This document shows, piece by piece, positions 10,332 to 22,099 of a stretch of DNA of 64,000 nucleotides (position 1 is the first letter of the stretch; every line of letters begins with the position of its first letter). The stretch is from IMG/VR virus record IMGVR_UViG_3300025154_000055; one strand, given 5' to 3'. Position numbers and translations under genes: made by a program. Below the pieces are notes generated by a model, which saw nothing but the letters and a program-made list of their open reading frames with translations, was not told where the DNA came from and searched no databases. Origin of the DNA: an uncultured virus (IMG/VR IMGVR_UViG_3300025154_000055). Its lineage: Duplodnaviria > Heunggongvirae > Uroviricota > Caudoviricetes.

Positions 10332-11672
10332 CTACCCCAACTTCACCAATTCCGCGAGTTGCTTAGTGTTGTCTGCCGTGATAACGCCCGTCTTGACGAA
10401 GTTCAACGCGCTGACGATCTTCTCTTTCTGAGTGGCGTCCAAGTCGTCAAACTTCGCTACCACGAAGGACGCGAACGCTACTTTGTCCAAGTCTACCCCG
10501 AACGTCTCGATAGCACCATCACCGCTGGTGGTAGCGGTCGCCGTAACAGAGTCCTCAATTACGGCAGACTTCGCGGGTTCCGCTGGCGGTTCTGGCAACG
10601 GAAGTTGTGCAGGTTTCTCAGCGTACCACCGTTGATCGTCGCCCTCCCCACGGCAATGTGTAATCAACGCCTTCGCCTTCTCCCACGACATATCTTGCAG
10701 ACGATCTAACTTAAAGTGGGTGCGTAGATGATTCTTGAGATGTGCTGGAGCGGAGATGACTTTATCTTTCCCGACAAACCGATCCATGATATTATTGATG
10801 GTCGGAATGTCAATCAAATCCTTTGATGGTTTTGATTTCCCTCCGAACCACTCAATCATCTCGATCTTCGCTTCTGGATCAGACGTAAGAGTATCAGTTC
10901 CGGTCTCCAGCGATCCATCGGGCGTTTCTACCGTCTTTGGTGGCTCAGGGCTATTTTCTACTTTAGGAGATTCAGGAACACCCGACTTCAACCAATCCCG
11001 CAACGGCTCAAAAAACTTAACATCGGGCTTGGTGCAAACCAAGTCTGCCATAAAGTCACAGCGCGATTTGCTGACGACAATATTGTGATCCACGTCCATG
11101 TCGGCAACGATAGTGAACTCGTACTCTGTGCCCGCACGCTGAACGGGAGCGAGTCCAATCTTCTTGACATACGCCTTGCCGTTGGAGTCTTTGCCCTGTT
11201 CGTACTCCATCTTGCTCCGCATCGTGGCGATAACGTGGCACTTGCTTTGAAGCATAGTATCCACTAGCTTGCGGTGAATAGGAGTCACATCGCGCCATGC
11301 CGTATAACTGTTCTCAACGCGCTGGCGCTTAGTCGCCTGTTCGTGAAGTTCCAGCACGCCGCCTTCGCCCTCCCACGCATGAGATAGGCTATCAATGACG
11401 ATAACGGAGTATCCCAAAGATTCGGCCAAGTTGATTGCCTCGATGTACAGGCGAGGGTCGAACTTATTCAACTCTACCACGTCGAAGTCGAACTTGTCAG
11501 AGTACAAACTTGCCGATCCGCGCTCTGTGTCGATAACGGCAATCTTCCCACCGTCTGCCAGCACATTAGCGGCGATCAGGGCGGTATACGTCTTACCCGC
11601 TCCCGCTGGCCCGTCAATAGCGATACGCGCCTTGATCTGATGCTTTGTCGCCTTAACAAATTGTAGTGCCAT
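10332..11672 (-). CDS. AAA-family ATPase (Sak4/AAA_24-like recombination protein)
   Basis: Walker A GPAGAGKT, IAVIDTE, VIVIDSLSHAW, G.EYEFT signature. Confidence 0.85.
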   Translation of the reverse strand: MALQFVKATKHQIKARIAIDGPAGAGKTYTALIAANVLADGGKIAVIDTERGSASLYSDKFDFDVVELNKFDPRLYIEAINLAESLGYSVIVIDSLSHAWEGEGGVLELHEQATKRQRVENSYTAWRDVTPIHRKLVDTMLQSKCHVIATMRSKMEYEQGKDSNGKAYVKKIGLAPVQRAGTEYEFTIVADMDVDHNIVVSKSRCDFMADLVCTKPDVKFFEPLRDWLKSGVPESPKVENSPEPPKTVETPDGSLETGTDTLTSDPEAKIEMIEWFGGKSKPSKDLIDIPTINNIMDRFVGKDKVISAPAHLKNHLRTHFKLDRLQDMSWEKAKALITHCRGEGDDQRWYAEKPAQLPLPEPPAEPAKSAVIEDSVTATATTSGDGAIETFGVDLDKVAFASFVVAKFDDLDATQKEKIVSALNFVKTGVITADNTKQLAELVKLG

Positions 11673-11694
11673 GTTCTCCATATCTCCTTTGATA

Positions 11695-12330
11695 TTAGTC
11701 CTGAACCCGTTCAATCATCACGGGTGTCAATCCCCGATCCAGATACGCTTCGATTTCTGCGTCCGTCTCGTTGCCGTCACAGATTACCTCGACCCTATCT
11801 GGACGGAAGGCGCGAAAGATACCCGGTTTGAATTGTGGCTCTTCGCCGTCCTCAACAGGTACAGCAATGCAATCTTTGTGCGCCAACCACAACCAATCAG
11901 TTCCAATCTTGAATCCCCTCGGAATGTGGTCGTGTGGAATACGGCGACTGATTCCTAAGTGGTTCGCTTCGTCATCAAACTCTTTGGGAGATTCGTAGTG
12001 CCGTCCACCAATCCAGAGTAATCCAACATGATCCATCTTGGATAGGCGACTCATTGTGCAAGTAGGGCAGAGTCCGCCATCGGGGTTATTACCGCAACGA
12101 ATCTCATTCCAGTCAAACAGTCGTGACGGGTCAATCCATGTAAATCCGCGAGATGGCTTAATTCCGCATTTCAGTCCCAATGCGGCACAAGCTGGACAGG
12201 GCTTTAATTCCAACGGCAATACCCCACAAGAAATGCCGGGGCCATCGAATCGGAAGTAAAGCGCACCTTTTGTCTGTCGCCATCCACAACCGCGCTTATG
12301 GTCTTGAACAATTTGGATACTTGGGTGCAT
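11695..12330 (-). CDS. Cys-rich phage hypothetical protein
   Basis: KRGCGWR and CPAC/CPTC motifs; AAGGAG RBS. Confidence 0.7.
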   Translation of the reverse strand: MHPSIQIVQDHKRGCGWRQTKGALYFRFDGPGISCGVLPLELKPCPACAALGLKCGIKPSRGFTWIDPSRLFDWNEIRCGNNPDGGLCPTCTMSRLSKMDHVGLLWIGGRHYESPKEFDDEANHLGISRRIPHDHIPRGFKIGTDWLWLAHKDCIAVPVEDGEEPQFKPGIFRAFRPDRVEVICDGNETDAEIEAYLDRGLTPVMIERVQD

Positions 12331-12406
12331 TGTTCTCCTTTGCGACGTTCCTTAGTCTTTCGTTCATTATACCGCACCGAGGGACACTAAAACAATAGCA
12401 CCTTAG

Positions 12407-12433
12407 TACCTATCTGACGATAGGTTTACATAA
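12407..12433 (+). repeat. 27-bp junction motif copy
   Basis: TACCTATCTG ACGATA GGTTTACATAA; 2 bp from helicase stop. Confidence 0.8.
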
Positions 12434-12435
12434 TG

Positions 12436-13740
12436 TTAGAGTTCGATCATGCGAGATTGCGATGGGGCGTTGTATATCCCACTGTCAAAATTATACTGCA
12501 TCTGCCATCGTTCACCGAGGGAGTTTCCGTGGCGATTCTTGGTGCGCTTGATATTCACAATACCGTGTTGGGTATAGTCGCGCCATCCCAAGAAGCACCA
12601 GTCTGAGGCGTTCTGGTACGCGGTAGACCCGAATAGCATCACGGACTGTAACTTATCGGGCTTGTTACTCTTGAGAACTTTCTGGTGTTCCTCGCTCATG
12701 TTGCCCGGTGCATACATGAGTAGGTTGAACTCTAGGCAAGTATCACGAAATGCGTCCGCTTTCATTTCGTGCGCTTTGTTCTCTGACATCTTAGATGTCC
12801 ACGCGGGAGCGGCGACGCCATTCAGGGAGTCCATGATAGCGAGTTGCGGTTTCTCCCAGTACAGAATCTTCCGCATCAGTTCAAACGAGTTTACGCTGAT
12901 ACCTTTGTGTTCTCTAACAGATGATGGAGCGTAAATAGTGAGTCGGTCGTCCATCATTTGCTTCAGGTGCTCGTCTGTCTCGTCCCCTAAATACATTCCC
13001 TTTAAGGCATTAAAGATTGTTCCAGCATAGATAGACCGAACAATCTCGTTTGACATGATGACTACTTTATCCGTGCTGTACGCCAACGAGTAGGCGGCGA
13101 GTGTGTTAGCTAACGACGTTTTCCCGTGTCCGGTGGGCATACTAGCGATTGCCAGTCCATAAGCAGGTTTTCCGCCACTCTCTTGCGTGTTACTCCGAGA
13201 GAACATCTTGTCCAGCACATTGTTGTTCCCCCATTTCCCGCGCATTGACATCGTGGGTTCGTCCAAGTGTTTAGAGGGAGTAGCATCGTACTCTACTCCA
13301 CTGTGAGAAATCATGGCAATCTTACCACCGAGAACATCCAAGTGTTGCGATACCTTTTGAGGTTCCTTGACAACACTTTCTCTGTAATAAGATATAGACT
13401 CATCGGCGCGGCGGCGGATACTGTCCGACTTGATATTCCTGATAAGACTTGCTACGTCCACCTTTTCAGAGGACTTGGCGCTTACCCAAATCGTCACAAT
13501 CTCTGACACTTCCTCTGCTGTAAATGCGCCTAGTTCTGCGTCACGATACAACAGGATAGAGCTGGCACTAATGGGCGCATCTAAGATAGATAACTCCGCT
13601 ACTGCGCTAACGAATTTCTTGGCCGTATTGGATATAAACCAATTCAGCCCCATGTCCGATTGCGGACTCATGAGGTAACGTGGAACAGAAACGGTGTCCT
13701 GGGCGACAGCTTCTACCAGTAATCTCTCGTAATCTAGCAT
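12436..13740 (-). CDS. DnaB-like (SF4) replicative helicase
   Basis: PTGHGKT Walker A, IMSNE, AIMDS Walker B, KNRHG arginine finger. Confidence 0.75.
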   Translation of the reverse strand: MLDYERLLVEAVAQDTVSVPRYLMSPQSDMGLNWFISNTAKKFVSAVAELSILDAPISASSILLYRDAELGAFTAEEVSEIVTIWVSAKSSEKVDVASLIRNIKSDSIRRRADESISYYRESVVKEPQKVSQHLDVLGGKIAMISHSGVEYDATPSKHLDEPTMSMRGKWGNNNVLDKMFSRSNTQESGGKPAYGLAIASMPTGHGKTSLANTLAAYSLAYSTDKVVIMSNEIVRSIYAGTIFNALKGMYLGDETDEHLKQMMDDRLTIYAPSSVREHKGISVNSFELMRKILYWEKPQLAIMDSLNGVAAPAWTSKMSENKAHEMKADAFRDTCLEFNLLMYAPGNMSEEHQKVLKSNKPDKLQSVMLFGSTAYQNASDWCFLGWRDYTQHGIVNIKRTKNRHGNSLGERWQMQYNFDSGIYNAPSQSRMIEL

Positions 13741-14212
13741 AGACGAATCCTTCAGGGGAACAAAAATAGTGGTGTCATTATTATAGCACCACTATAGACG
13801 ACCGCAATAGTACGCGAGTCACTTCACTGCAATGCGCGTCTCTCCCTCGCACGTATCACAGAAGTAAACATCGTATTTCGCGTCACCTTTTGTCAGGCGA
13901 ACGCCATACACCGCAATCCCGCGACAGTGTTGACACGGGACTGTTACGGGAATCTTGTCCACGGGCGCAGTCGCTACAGGTTCGGTTTGTACTGCTGTCT
14001 TACCGGTAGATGTGGGGGCGTAATGTTTCTTCATGTAGTTTTTATTCCTTGTGTTTATTTTTCGTTTGGATACTTCCCGTTTATGAACGCGCTACGTTTA
14101 TACAGAAGGCGAATTGGGATGTTGATATGCAACCACAATACCGTCCGATATAGTCTCTCGTGGTTCACAAGCCTGGCAGACAGTATCGTTAAAAGCCTAT
14201 CCAACCACGTCA

Positions 14213-14656
14213 TTATTCCTCCACAAGTCCTAACTCTTTCGCTTCTGAGTACGTCATGCGGGAGTTATCGCTTTTAGAAATCTCTGACGGCCATGAATAA
14301 CGCCACTTGCGCTTCCTCAACCACGCGGCGTTTTGTCGCACCCAGTCATCGAATTCTGCCGTGAACACTACGGGCGGCATGGACTCTGCCATGTGCGCTG
14401 ACCACTGAACCAAGTATGCGGGCGATCCTTTGAGTACCGTGGTGATCCGCGCCTGATCTATCGGGAAGTCCTCTCGTGTCCGTATCCACTCCCAGCACGA
14501 TACCACGTCGTCATCATCATACCCCAACTTCTCAGCATCAGGACGGACTTCTTTCAGTTCCTTCATGACGCGCTTAATGTTGGCGTCTGTGATGTTGTCC
14601 ATCAGACTGGCGACGTAAGCAGCGCGTTCCCATGAGGGGTTAATCTTGCGGGGCAT
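14213..14656 (-). CDS. hypothetical protein
   Basis: 147-aa ORF with GAGG RBS in a minus-strand operon. Confidence 0.6.
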   Translation of the reverse strand: MPRKINPSWERAAYVASLMDNITDANIKRVMKELKEVRPDAEKLGYDDDDVVSCWEWIRTREDFPIDQARITTVLKGSPAYLVQWSAHMAESMPPVVFTAEFDDWVRQNAAWLRKRKWRYSWPSEISKSDNSRMTYSEAKELGLVEE

Positions 14657-14907
14657 TTACCGCCTCAAGAGTAACAGAAATACCGTCGTAAATCTTAATC
14701 CAAACTTCCGTCTGGCCGTAGATTCTAACAACAACCTCTTCGTTATTCTCGTCGGTGTCTTCAACAACGACACCGTGCAATCCATCCCAATCTACCTTGT
14801 CTCCCGCCTTAAATGCCGTGTATGCCATCGGCGTTCTCCTTAATGACTTCTCTGTTATACGATCATCTTACCATGAGTCGCCACGAGTGTATATGGCACA
14901 TTGGTAC

Positions 14908-14934
14908 TAGGTCTCACGCGGGAAGTTGACATAA
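14908..14934 (+). repeat. 27-bp junction motif copy (degenerate left box)
   Basis: TAGGTCTCAC GCGGGA AGTTGACATAA; near HNH stop. Confidence 0.65.
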
Positions 14935-14950
14935 CTATACCTTGATAGAT

Positions 14951-15532
14951 TTAGTTCTCTGGCGATTGCCGATTATGCAAAGACGAGAATTTATCTTTAT
15001 GTAGGGCGTAATGTTCTGTTATCGCTTCAACCCATGCTATAAATTCTTCGTATTTCATTTTGCTTTTTGCTCCGTTACAAACCTTACAGCATGGGACAAC
15101 ATTTTCGACAGAATAGTCCCCATTGCTGTCTATTCTATCTAATCCACTGTATATATAGTCTATGTTGCCGGACGCGCCCTTTTTAGCCGCTTTATATACG
15201 TTCTTTGGCGGCGAACCACAATAGAAACAATCTCGCTGGGTTAAATTTAGAAAGTCGTCTTCAGATATTTTTAGTTCGTGATTTCTGTTTTTTGCATTTT
15301 GATTGTATTGATTATATAGTTGCTTAAACGCGGCGTAATATTTTGGTTTTCCGTGTATGCACCCGCAACTATGTATTGACCCGTTTCGGAGATTGCATCC
15401 GTCTGCAATTCTGATATTTCCACAATCACATCTATAGTACCATCTTACATTCCCGCCTCCGTCATCTGGCGCAACTCCAATAACAACCAATTTCCCATAC
15501 CTGTTTCCAATTTCGTCTTTTCGCCTTGTCAT
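14951..15532 (-). CDS. HNH endonuclease (homing type)
   Basis: IGNRYGKLVV...CDCG N-terminus; CFYCG...GLDRIDSNGDYSVENVVPCCKVCN; AT-rich; own TTGACT-16-TATACT promoter at 15550-15577. Confidence 0.85.
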   Translation of the reverse strand: MTRRKDEIGNRYGKLVVIGVAPDDGGGNVRWYYRCDCGNIRIADGCNLRNGSIHSCGCIHGKPKYYAAFKQLYNQYNQNAKNRNHELKISEDDFLNLTQRDCFYCGSPPKNVYKAAKKGASGNIDYIYSGLDRIDSNGDYSVENVVPCCKVCNGAKSKMKYEEFIAWVEAITEHYALHKDKFSSLHNRQSPEN

Positions 15533-15578
15533 GGTATACTCCAATAAAGAGTATACCACCCATTATCAGTAAGTCAAT

Positions 15579-16547
15579 CTATTTACCATACAAGAGGTTT
15601 ATCGCCTTGATACTCACTCTGGCGTTACCGATTCGACTCTCGGCCATCGGGCGAATGACAACCCCCTCGCGCTGTTTTCCGTTCGGGTACAATCCCTCGG
15701 CATAGCGACGGATTGCCTCGTCACTGGTGAAGTCGAACGTCTTATCCCAGTCCACAATGTCTACCATCGGGATACCGTATTTCTGGCAGAGGTCTCGGAC
15801 GGTCTGTCCGTTTAGGTATTCATGCGCCGCAATGTCGTACAGATTGAACACACGGCAGTCAACCCCTTTAATGCCCATTGGGTTGCCCTGAATACCCTCG
15901 CCAATCGTTTCAAACTGGATAGCGACACCATCTGGCAATACTTCCGCCAACTTGTATCGCTTCGCCAGTTGCCAGATAGCGTTGTTGTAAGTCTCTTTCA
16001 GTTCCAAGTTCCGAGAACAGCATCCGAAGTGACCATCCAACTTGTAGACGGTCGCGCTACTTCCATCTGCTTTAACGGTGATGTAAACCTGCTTGCCCCG
16101 CAACCATTCAACCATTTCAGGAACGCTCTGAAAGTTGGGTTCGTCTGTCTTGGGCATCAGGTGGGTCGGGAAGTTTCCGTACACCTGTCCGGCGAGATTG
16201 GCGGGCAGAGGTTTTTCGTACTTCTTGACGCCACGGACTTCCGAAATGTCATCGCCCACTTCACCTGTAACGGTCAACGGCAGAATCAAAACCTCACTCG
16301 GAACTCCACCGAACCGTGCCATACGGACGATATACTTCCGAGACTGCATAAAGTCGAATTCTGGCGTGGCGGGGAGTAGCGCGTCTTGCAGAAATATCTC
16401 GCACAAACTTCCGACTTGGAACTCGTCAATCTTTACCACGCCTTGCCACTTCCCGGCATTGCCTACTACGACCGTAGCGGCAACAATCTTATCGCGCCCA
16501 TCAATGGGGCGAATGTCTGTAATCTTTCCAATGTGTGCTAGTCCCAT
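15579..16547 (-). CDS. ATP-dependent RNA ligase (Rnl2/DRB0094-like)
   Basis: KTDE, motif I KADGSS, CSRN, IQFE.IG.GIQGN, REGVV, C-terminal K.I. Confidence 0.85.
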   Translation of the reverse strand: MGLAHIGKITDIRPIDGRDKIVAATVVVGNAGKWQGVVKIDEFQVGSLCEIFLQDALLPATPEFDFMQSRKYIVRMARFGGVPSEVLILPLTVTGEVGDDISEVRGVKKYEKPLPANLAGQVYGNFPTHLMPKTDEPNFQSVPEMVEWLRGKQVYITVKADGSSATVYKLDGHFGCCSRNLELKETYNNAIWQLAKRYKLAEVLPDGVAIQFETIGEGIQGNPMGIKGVDCRVFNLYDIAAHEYLNGQTVRDLCQKYGIPMVDIVDWDKTFDFTSDEAIRRYAEGLYPNGKQREGVVIRPMAESRIGNARVSIKAINLLYGK

Positions 16548-16552
16548 ACATC

Positions 16553-19500
16553 CTACGTATCAAAGAACCATTTTTCAGATTCTTTCCACATGATATAACG
16601 AGAGACAGCGCCATTTTTCTTTGTGGACAAAGCGTATCCATGATCGGCACAAAATGAAACTACACCGCCAATAGATGATCCGACTCCACCAAAACAATCC
16701 TCGAACTGAGCAATATCCCCCTCGAATACATCGCCACCGTCAACGATGATTGTCACTTGTTCTATGTCTTCCATAGTTCTCCTTAAAAAGGTGGTTTCGA
16801 GTAATCATCTTTATAGAGTATCGGCAGTTCCCATTTCTGCAAGGGAATCACGTCAATCCACCCGTCAATGGTAATTGTCACGGGATGCAGAAAGGTATTA
16901 GACGAGTAATTGGCAGACGACTCATACGCCCCGTAAAGCATCCACAATCCATCAATACGCATCCAAGTGTTGCACAGGTAACTTCGCCCACTGTGCGAGA
17001 TGACCCTGTATTTCAGGTAGTGCGCGTCGTGCTTGTCGGGGTCTGTATCAGTAGAGATATGGTCGCGGTCTTCATCGTCAGTCATTGTGTCCCCTTACGG
17101 TTTGTTTATCAGCACTACGGGGTAGTATCCCCGCTCAATCCAATAGTACAACCGCTCTCCGTCTTCTGGAGTCAATGTAACGGTTGCGTCAAACAGAGAT
17201 TGCTCTGGGAATATCTCGCTATCGTCCCCCTCCGAGTCGTCTACTCTCGTTAGGTTACTGTCTACCCAACGCTCCACCACAAGGCGAACGGGGATTTTCA
17301 CAAGTTGAAAAGTCATTTCATCACCCCCGTTTACAGAGTATAGCAGAACATTCCTTGAATGGGTATAGTTATTGTGTACTAGGCGACTTGACTTCGTTCG
17401 CAACCATGACGAAGTAATTGTAGAACGCCATCAGGTGTATCTCAAAGAGTGAGCGTTCTAGGTGTTTCTTCTTCCTAGCGGAAGTGAGTTTTTCGGAAAC
17501 CGTCTTCTCGTCATAGTCGCCCGTCTGGTTGAGAAAGGCGACCACATCTTTGAGGATTTCCGGGTTAATTGCCTTCATTTCGACACCTTCTGACCGTACT
17601 TTTGGCGAGCTTTGGCGAGTGCTTTAATCATGGGTTCGGGGTCTACGTCTGTACACCAAAATTTGTAGGGCGAATCTTGCCCGATACCGTAATCGCAAGG
17701 ATGACCCAAGACCTTGAACAGGGGACATTCCTCACAGGCGGCGAATCGTGACTCTTCGGAAGAACCGTCGTCGTCTTTCATGTACTTGACACATAGGGCA
17801 CACGATACGCTATCAACGTAAAAGTTGTCAAATACATCGGCCCAAATCTCGTCATACGTTTTCGTCAATCCGTACCTGTCTAGGACCTTCTCTCGCAACC
17901 CGCGCCACTTCCTCAGCGAATGCCCAATCGGGTCTTGACGCGCCTCTTTGCTGTTCGCGGGTGTCGGGTAATACTTCGCCAGCCAGTCTTTGAGTGTCAG
18001 TTCTGCCTTCATGATGACTCCTATCCAAGACTCTGCCGAGTAAAGCAGAGAAGCTAATACTGAATCGTGTGTCCTGTTATTCCTACAAGAGTGCAATGTC
18101 AGACTCTTGAATTATCCTTCAGTGTTGTCAACGGCACAAGTATACAGCGCGACATAACGAGTTTCCTGACTTTTGCCTGACATTATGCTGACGTTTGAAG
18201 CATGGCGACCACTGCGCGCTCTATCCTGTCTAGTTTCTTGTCCATGTCGTATAGAATCGCCACTTGGACGTTGACCATGCTTGCAATCGCTAATTCGTAC
18301 TGTTTCGCCTTAATCGCGTCATTGAAGTTGCGAACCGAGTCTTGGACAATGCTAGAAAGTTCTTCGTTCATTGTGTCTCCTTATCCAATTCCGTACTGTC
18401 CCGCCTCTTCTTGAGCCAGTTCCAGGTCGTTCGTAGACCCACTGGCTATAGCGTCCTCATCTTCATGTCCCTCTTCAAATACGCGCCACAGGAACACGGT
18501 GATACGCGATGTAATGAGTTTTGGCGTGATGGTGGTAGTCATATTCTCTTAACCTCACAGTCAACCGTGATGCAAATCGCTGTTTCCATTCCGTCGTATA
18601 TACATGGGTCTCCTACAACCATATGACCATCTTCTGTTCCCGTTTTATGATATTCAAACATGGTGATAGATTTCTCGAAGTCTTCTCTATCAAAATGACT
18701 GCCAGAATATCCTTTTGCGTCAGAGAACTTGGAATCGCACATAACTCTAACGCGGTGTTTTGGGAAGAAGTTGTGCGCGTTTTTTGCAATCCACTCCACT
18801 TGAGTAGAATAGTCTCCAGACAAACATTTTGGCAGAGGGGTTTTGTACCCAAGAAACGCTCGAATAACTGATGTGGCACTTGCAACGCACTTGTCGTCTC
18901 CCTTAACTAAAACGCCCATTTGATACTCCTTAATGACTGAACTGTACTTATTCTACCAGAACGTAACACCCGTTCCAAGTGTCGAATAAGTACAGTCTGG
19001 CATGACTTCCCCGTGTACCTCTATAGCCGGAACTTCACATAACTAAATGCTTGCTCTAATGGGAAGTGCCACTGCTCTGTATCCTTATCGTGCGCCTCTA
19101 CCCAAATCCCGTCAGGTCGCACAATCACATCGCCCTGTAGTCCACTGTAAATCGTGAAGTCGCGTCCTGTAAATACATTCACTACCAGACTCCTTTTAAC
19201 GCCTCTAAGATACTCAGAATGAATTGTCCCTTTGCCGTCCAGCAATACCCTTGTTTAAGCTCATTCACCGTCTGGTGCAGATACGCCGCCTTAAAGTGCA
19301 GATTGAACGTATCACCTACGTATCCGTGCGCTTGTAAAAAGGCGGCGCGAACGGCACGATCCGCCATGAGTGGGTATCCGTGTAAGTCACCACCGGGCAT
19401 GAAGCGCGGCCCGTATTCTGAGATGGTGCGCTCCTGATCTACCGTGAACTCTAGGCAGGGAGGCGGGCTTCCGCTAGGCGGTGTCGTGGCGAACATGGAC

Positions 19501-21362
19501 GCAATCAGCAACGCACAGACGAATACGAGAGCGGGCGCAACGATGATCCTGCTTACAAGGGTCACGATTTCGACTCCTTGATCGATGACTCAATCTTTTC
19601 GATCTCGTCATTGTATCGCTTAACTTCATTCATTAGACCGTTTATTTTGGCATGTAAAATGACGACCATTGCTTCTAGTGCGTCGCTTTTGCTGTCGTAG
19701 ACGCGAATGCCGCTCTTCTTGATGATCTGGCTATAGTGTTCCTTGTTTCCGTAAACCCCCTCCACGGATGCAACGGTCAGGGACTTATCAGACTCCTTAA
19801 TGACTTGAATTTTTTCGATGTACGATCCAAACTGCCCTTTGTTTCCAACGACGAATTTAACCGTGGTTGCTTCGTCGTTAATGCCCAGTCTGCGCTTTAC
19901 CTCGCGGGCATGAACTCCGCACCACTGGTATCCGCCGATTTCTTCAACTGGATTGTTCCCGCACTGGTGAAATCCTACGCTACGTCCGCCATCCGCAACA
20001 GATCGAGAGCACTGAGTACGATCAAGTCCATTCTGGAATGCAAGATTGCGATTCGGACTGTATACCAGATAGTCGATTTCCGTCTTGTCGGTCATACTTC
20101 CTCCTTCAGCGCATCTGCCAGTTCTACGGGCAACTGGAACATCTCAGGCGTCACGCCAATCTCTGCGCCGTAATCCTTGACCCACTTCTCCAATTCGTCC
20201 AACTTGCGCTGTAGACCGACGCGAACGTTATTGCGACGGTATTTCGCGTTCGCCTCTTTTTGGACAATCTCAGCGTCCTTAATCTTCGTGGCAACGTCTG
20301 TCCGACCCATGCGCTTCAAGATGCCCGCCAGGGTAAGTACACCCGTGCGACGTGGCGTTGTGGAGTACCGACCGACCTTCTTCGTCCACACGGCGTCAAT
20401 CTGCACCCCAAGTTCCGCCCCGACCTTATAGTGGGCGATGTATTTCTTCTTGAGATAGAAATGCGTTTCTGGGTGCATAGCGGGCTTAGTTTTTCGATAC
20501 ACCCGTTCCCGTTCAATGTAAGCGCTGTACTCTGGACTCTTAGCGCCCGGATATTCCCCGACAACAGACTCCTCGTTGTCCTCCCACGCCTTACCCGCCA
20601 CGGGATCGTCATACTCATACACAGAATTGTCTTCAAGTTCGTACCGAGTGTCTCCACTTTTCAGGGCAACTGCTACAAGGTCTTCAATGGTGTTCAGGAC
20701 TGGAATGTCTTTCATGTTCGTTCTCCTTTAGGACTGTATCTTGATACTATCTTACCACGCCCCGTAAAGAGGTGGTAGTAACGAATGTCATGGATTGGGG
20801 GCGATAACCATCCCGCGCTTTGCCGTTCCGCGTTTAACGTCACTGGGGCGACCACTACCGAACCACGCATCAGCGCGACTTCGCTTATCTCCGTTCATTT
20901 CGTACAGGGGGATTAGGTCGTCATCGTTCCCAGAGTATAAGTCGTAACGATTCTCCTTAATGATTGTCTATGGTGTTATTCTATCATGCCAGAATGAGGC
21001 GCTCAAGTGACTTTCGCAACCTTTTGGGCATGACGTTCATCTTATTCGTGTTCGGGATTATACTTTCCGAATCCGCACTCGTCATAACCCTCTTCTTCAG
21101 AATCCCACCACTCACACCGACCATCTGCCCAACTTCCACAGGTGGACTCTTCGCAATCTACCGTCTTGGCGTCTTGAATTTCCCTGTACAATTCTGTCCA
21201 CGGAGACCCACTGTAATAGTGAAGCGTAATCTCGTGACTACCGTTAAAGTTCTTCCCGAACGGAGCCTCGACCTTCACAGTAATGCCCTTACCCTCTCGG
21301 TTTTCAGTAATAGACATTCCTAGAGATTGCGCCAGTTGATAAGTTTGCTTTTTAGACGCCAT
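16553..21362 (-). other. block of about 12 small hypothetical phage genes
   Basis: Tightly packed minus-strand ORFs with RBSs, e.g. 16553-16774, 16783-17085, 18183-18371, 18539-18919, 19182-19565, 19562-20095, 20092-20715, 21042-21362. Confidence 0.7.
19016..19042 (+). repeat. 27-bp junction motif copy
   Basis: TACCTCTATA GCCGGA ACTTCACATAA; contains the stop of the 19021 gene. Confidence 0.75.
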
Positions 21363-21455
21363 GTTGCCTCCGCTTTCTGAGTATATCTCATTCTACATCA
21401 TTCTCGTTCGTCAGTCGCGTGTCAAATGTCACTTATTCCACATGACGTTCATCCC

Positions 21456-21482
21456 GACCTCTATACCGATTACTTTACATAA
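21456..21482 (+). repeat. 27-bp junction motif copy
   Basis: GACCTCTATA CCGATT ACTTTACATAA; abuts stop at 21483. Confidence 0.85.
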
Positions 21483-22099
21483 CTAACGTCGATTTGGGTC
21501 GCGCAATAGCGCCTCATTCAACTTATTCCGTGCGCCAATGGGCAGACCAAGATTGCGGATTTTAGTCATCTTGTCGGGATGTACGGAATACACAGCGCGA
21601 TCCCCGTTCTGCTTGATCCATTCCGTGACCAACTTCTCACAGATAGACGGCGCAACCTTTGTGGTCACTTTACAGAACATCTCAATCTCGAAACGGCGCA
21701 GGTCGGTTTGACTCGCCCATCGCGTCCATAGTCGGTCAACGTCCTCTAAAGTAGAGAACTTCAATGCCATCTTGAACACATCTGACACGTCGCAGGATGA
21801 TAGATTGCATTGCTTCTGCCACTCTCGCATGAGGTGGTCTACTGCGCTTGCGGGTTCTGACTCTTTCAGCGCCTCAATTTGCTTGAGAACGTACCCGCTC
21901 AGGTCGTGACTCTCTGCCCACCGCTTCCAGACTTCCACTTTGGCAGGTTCGGGGGCATCTTCTAACGCCTCAATAACACCGACCATCGTCACGGTCTGAA
22001 TCTTGCTCATGAGTTGCGGCCACATCTTAGCGCGGTATTCCGTTGGCATCCTGTTAAAGATTGTCCACCACTGCGCGTATCGTGCGTTCTGGTTCTGCA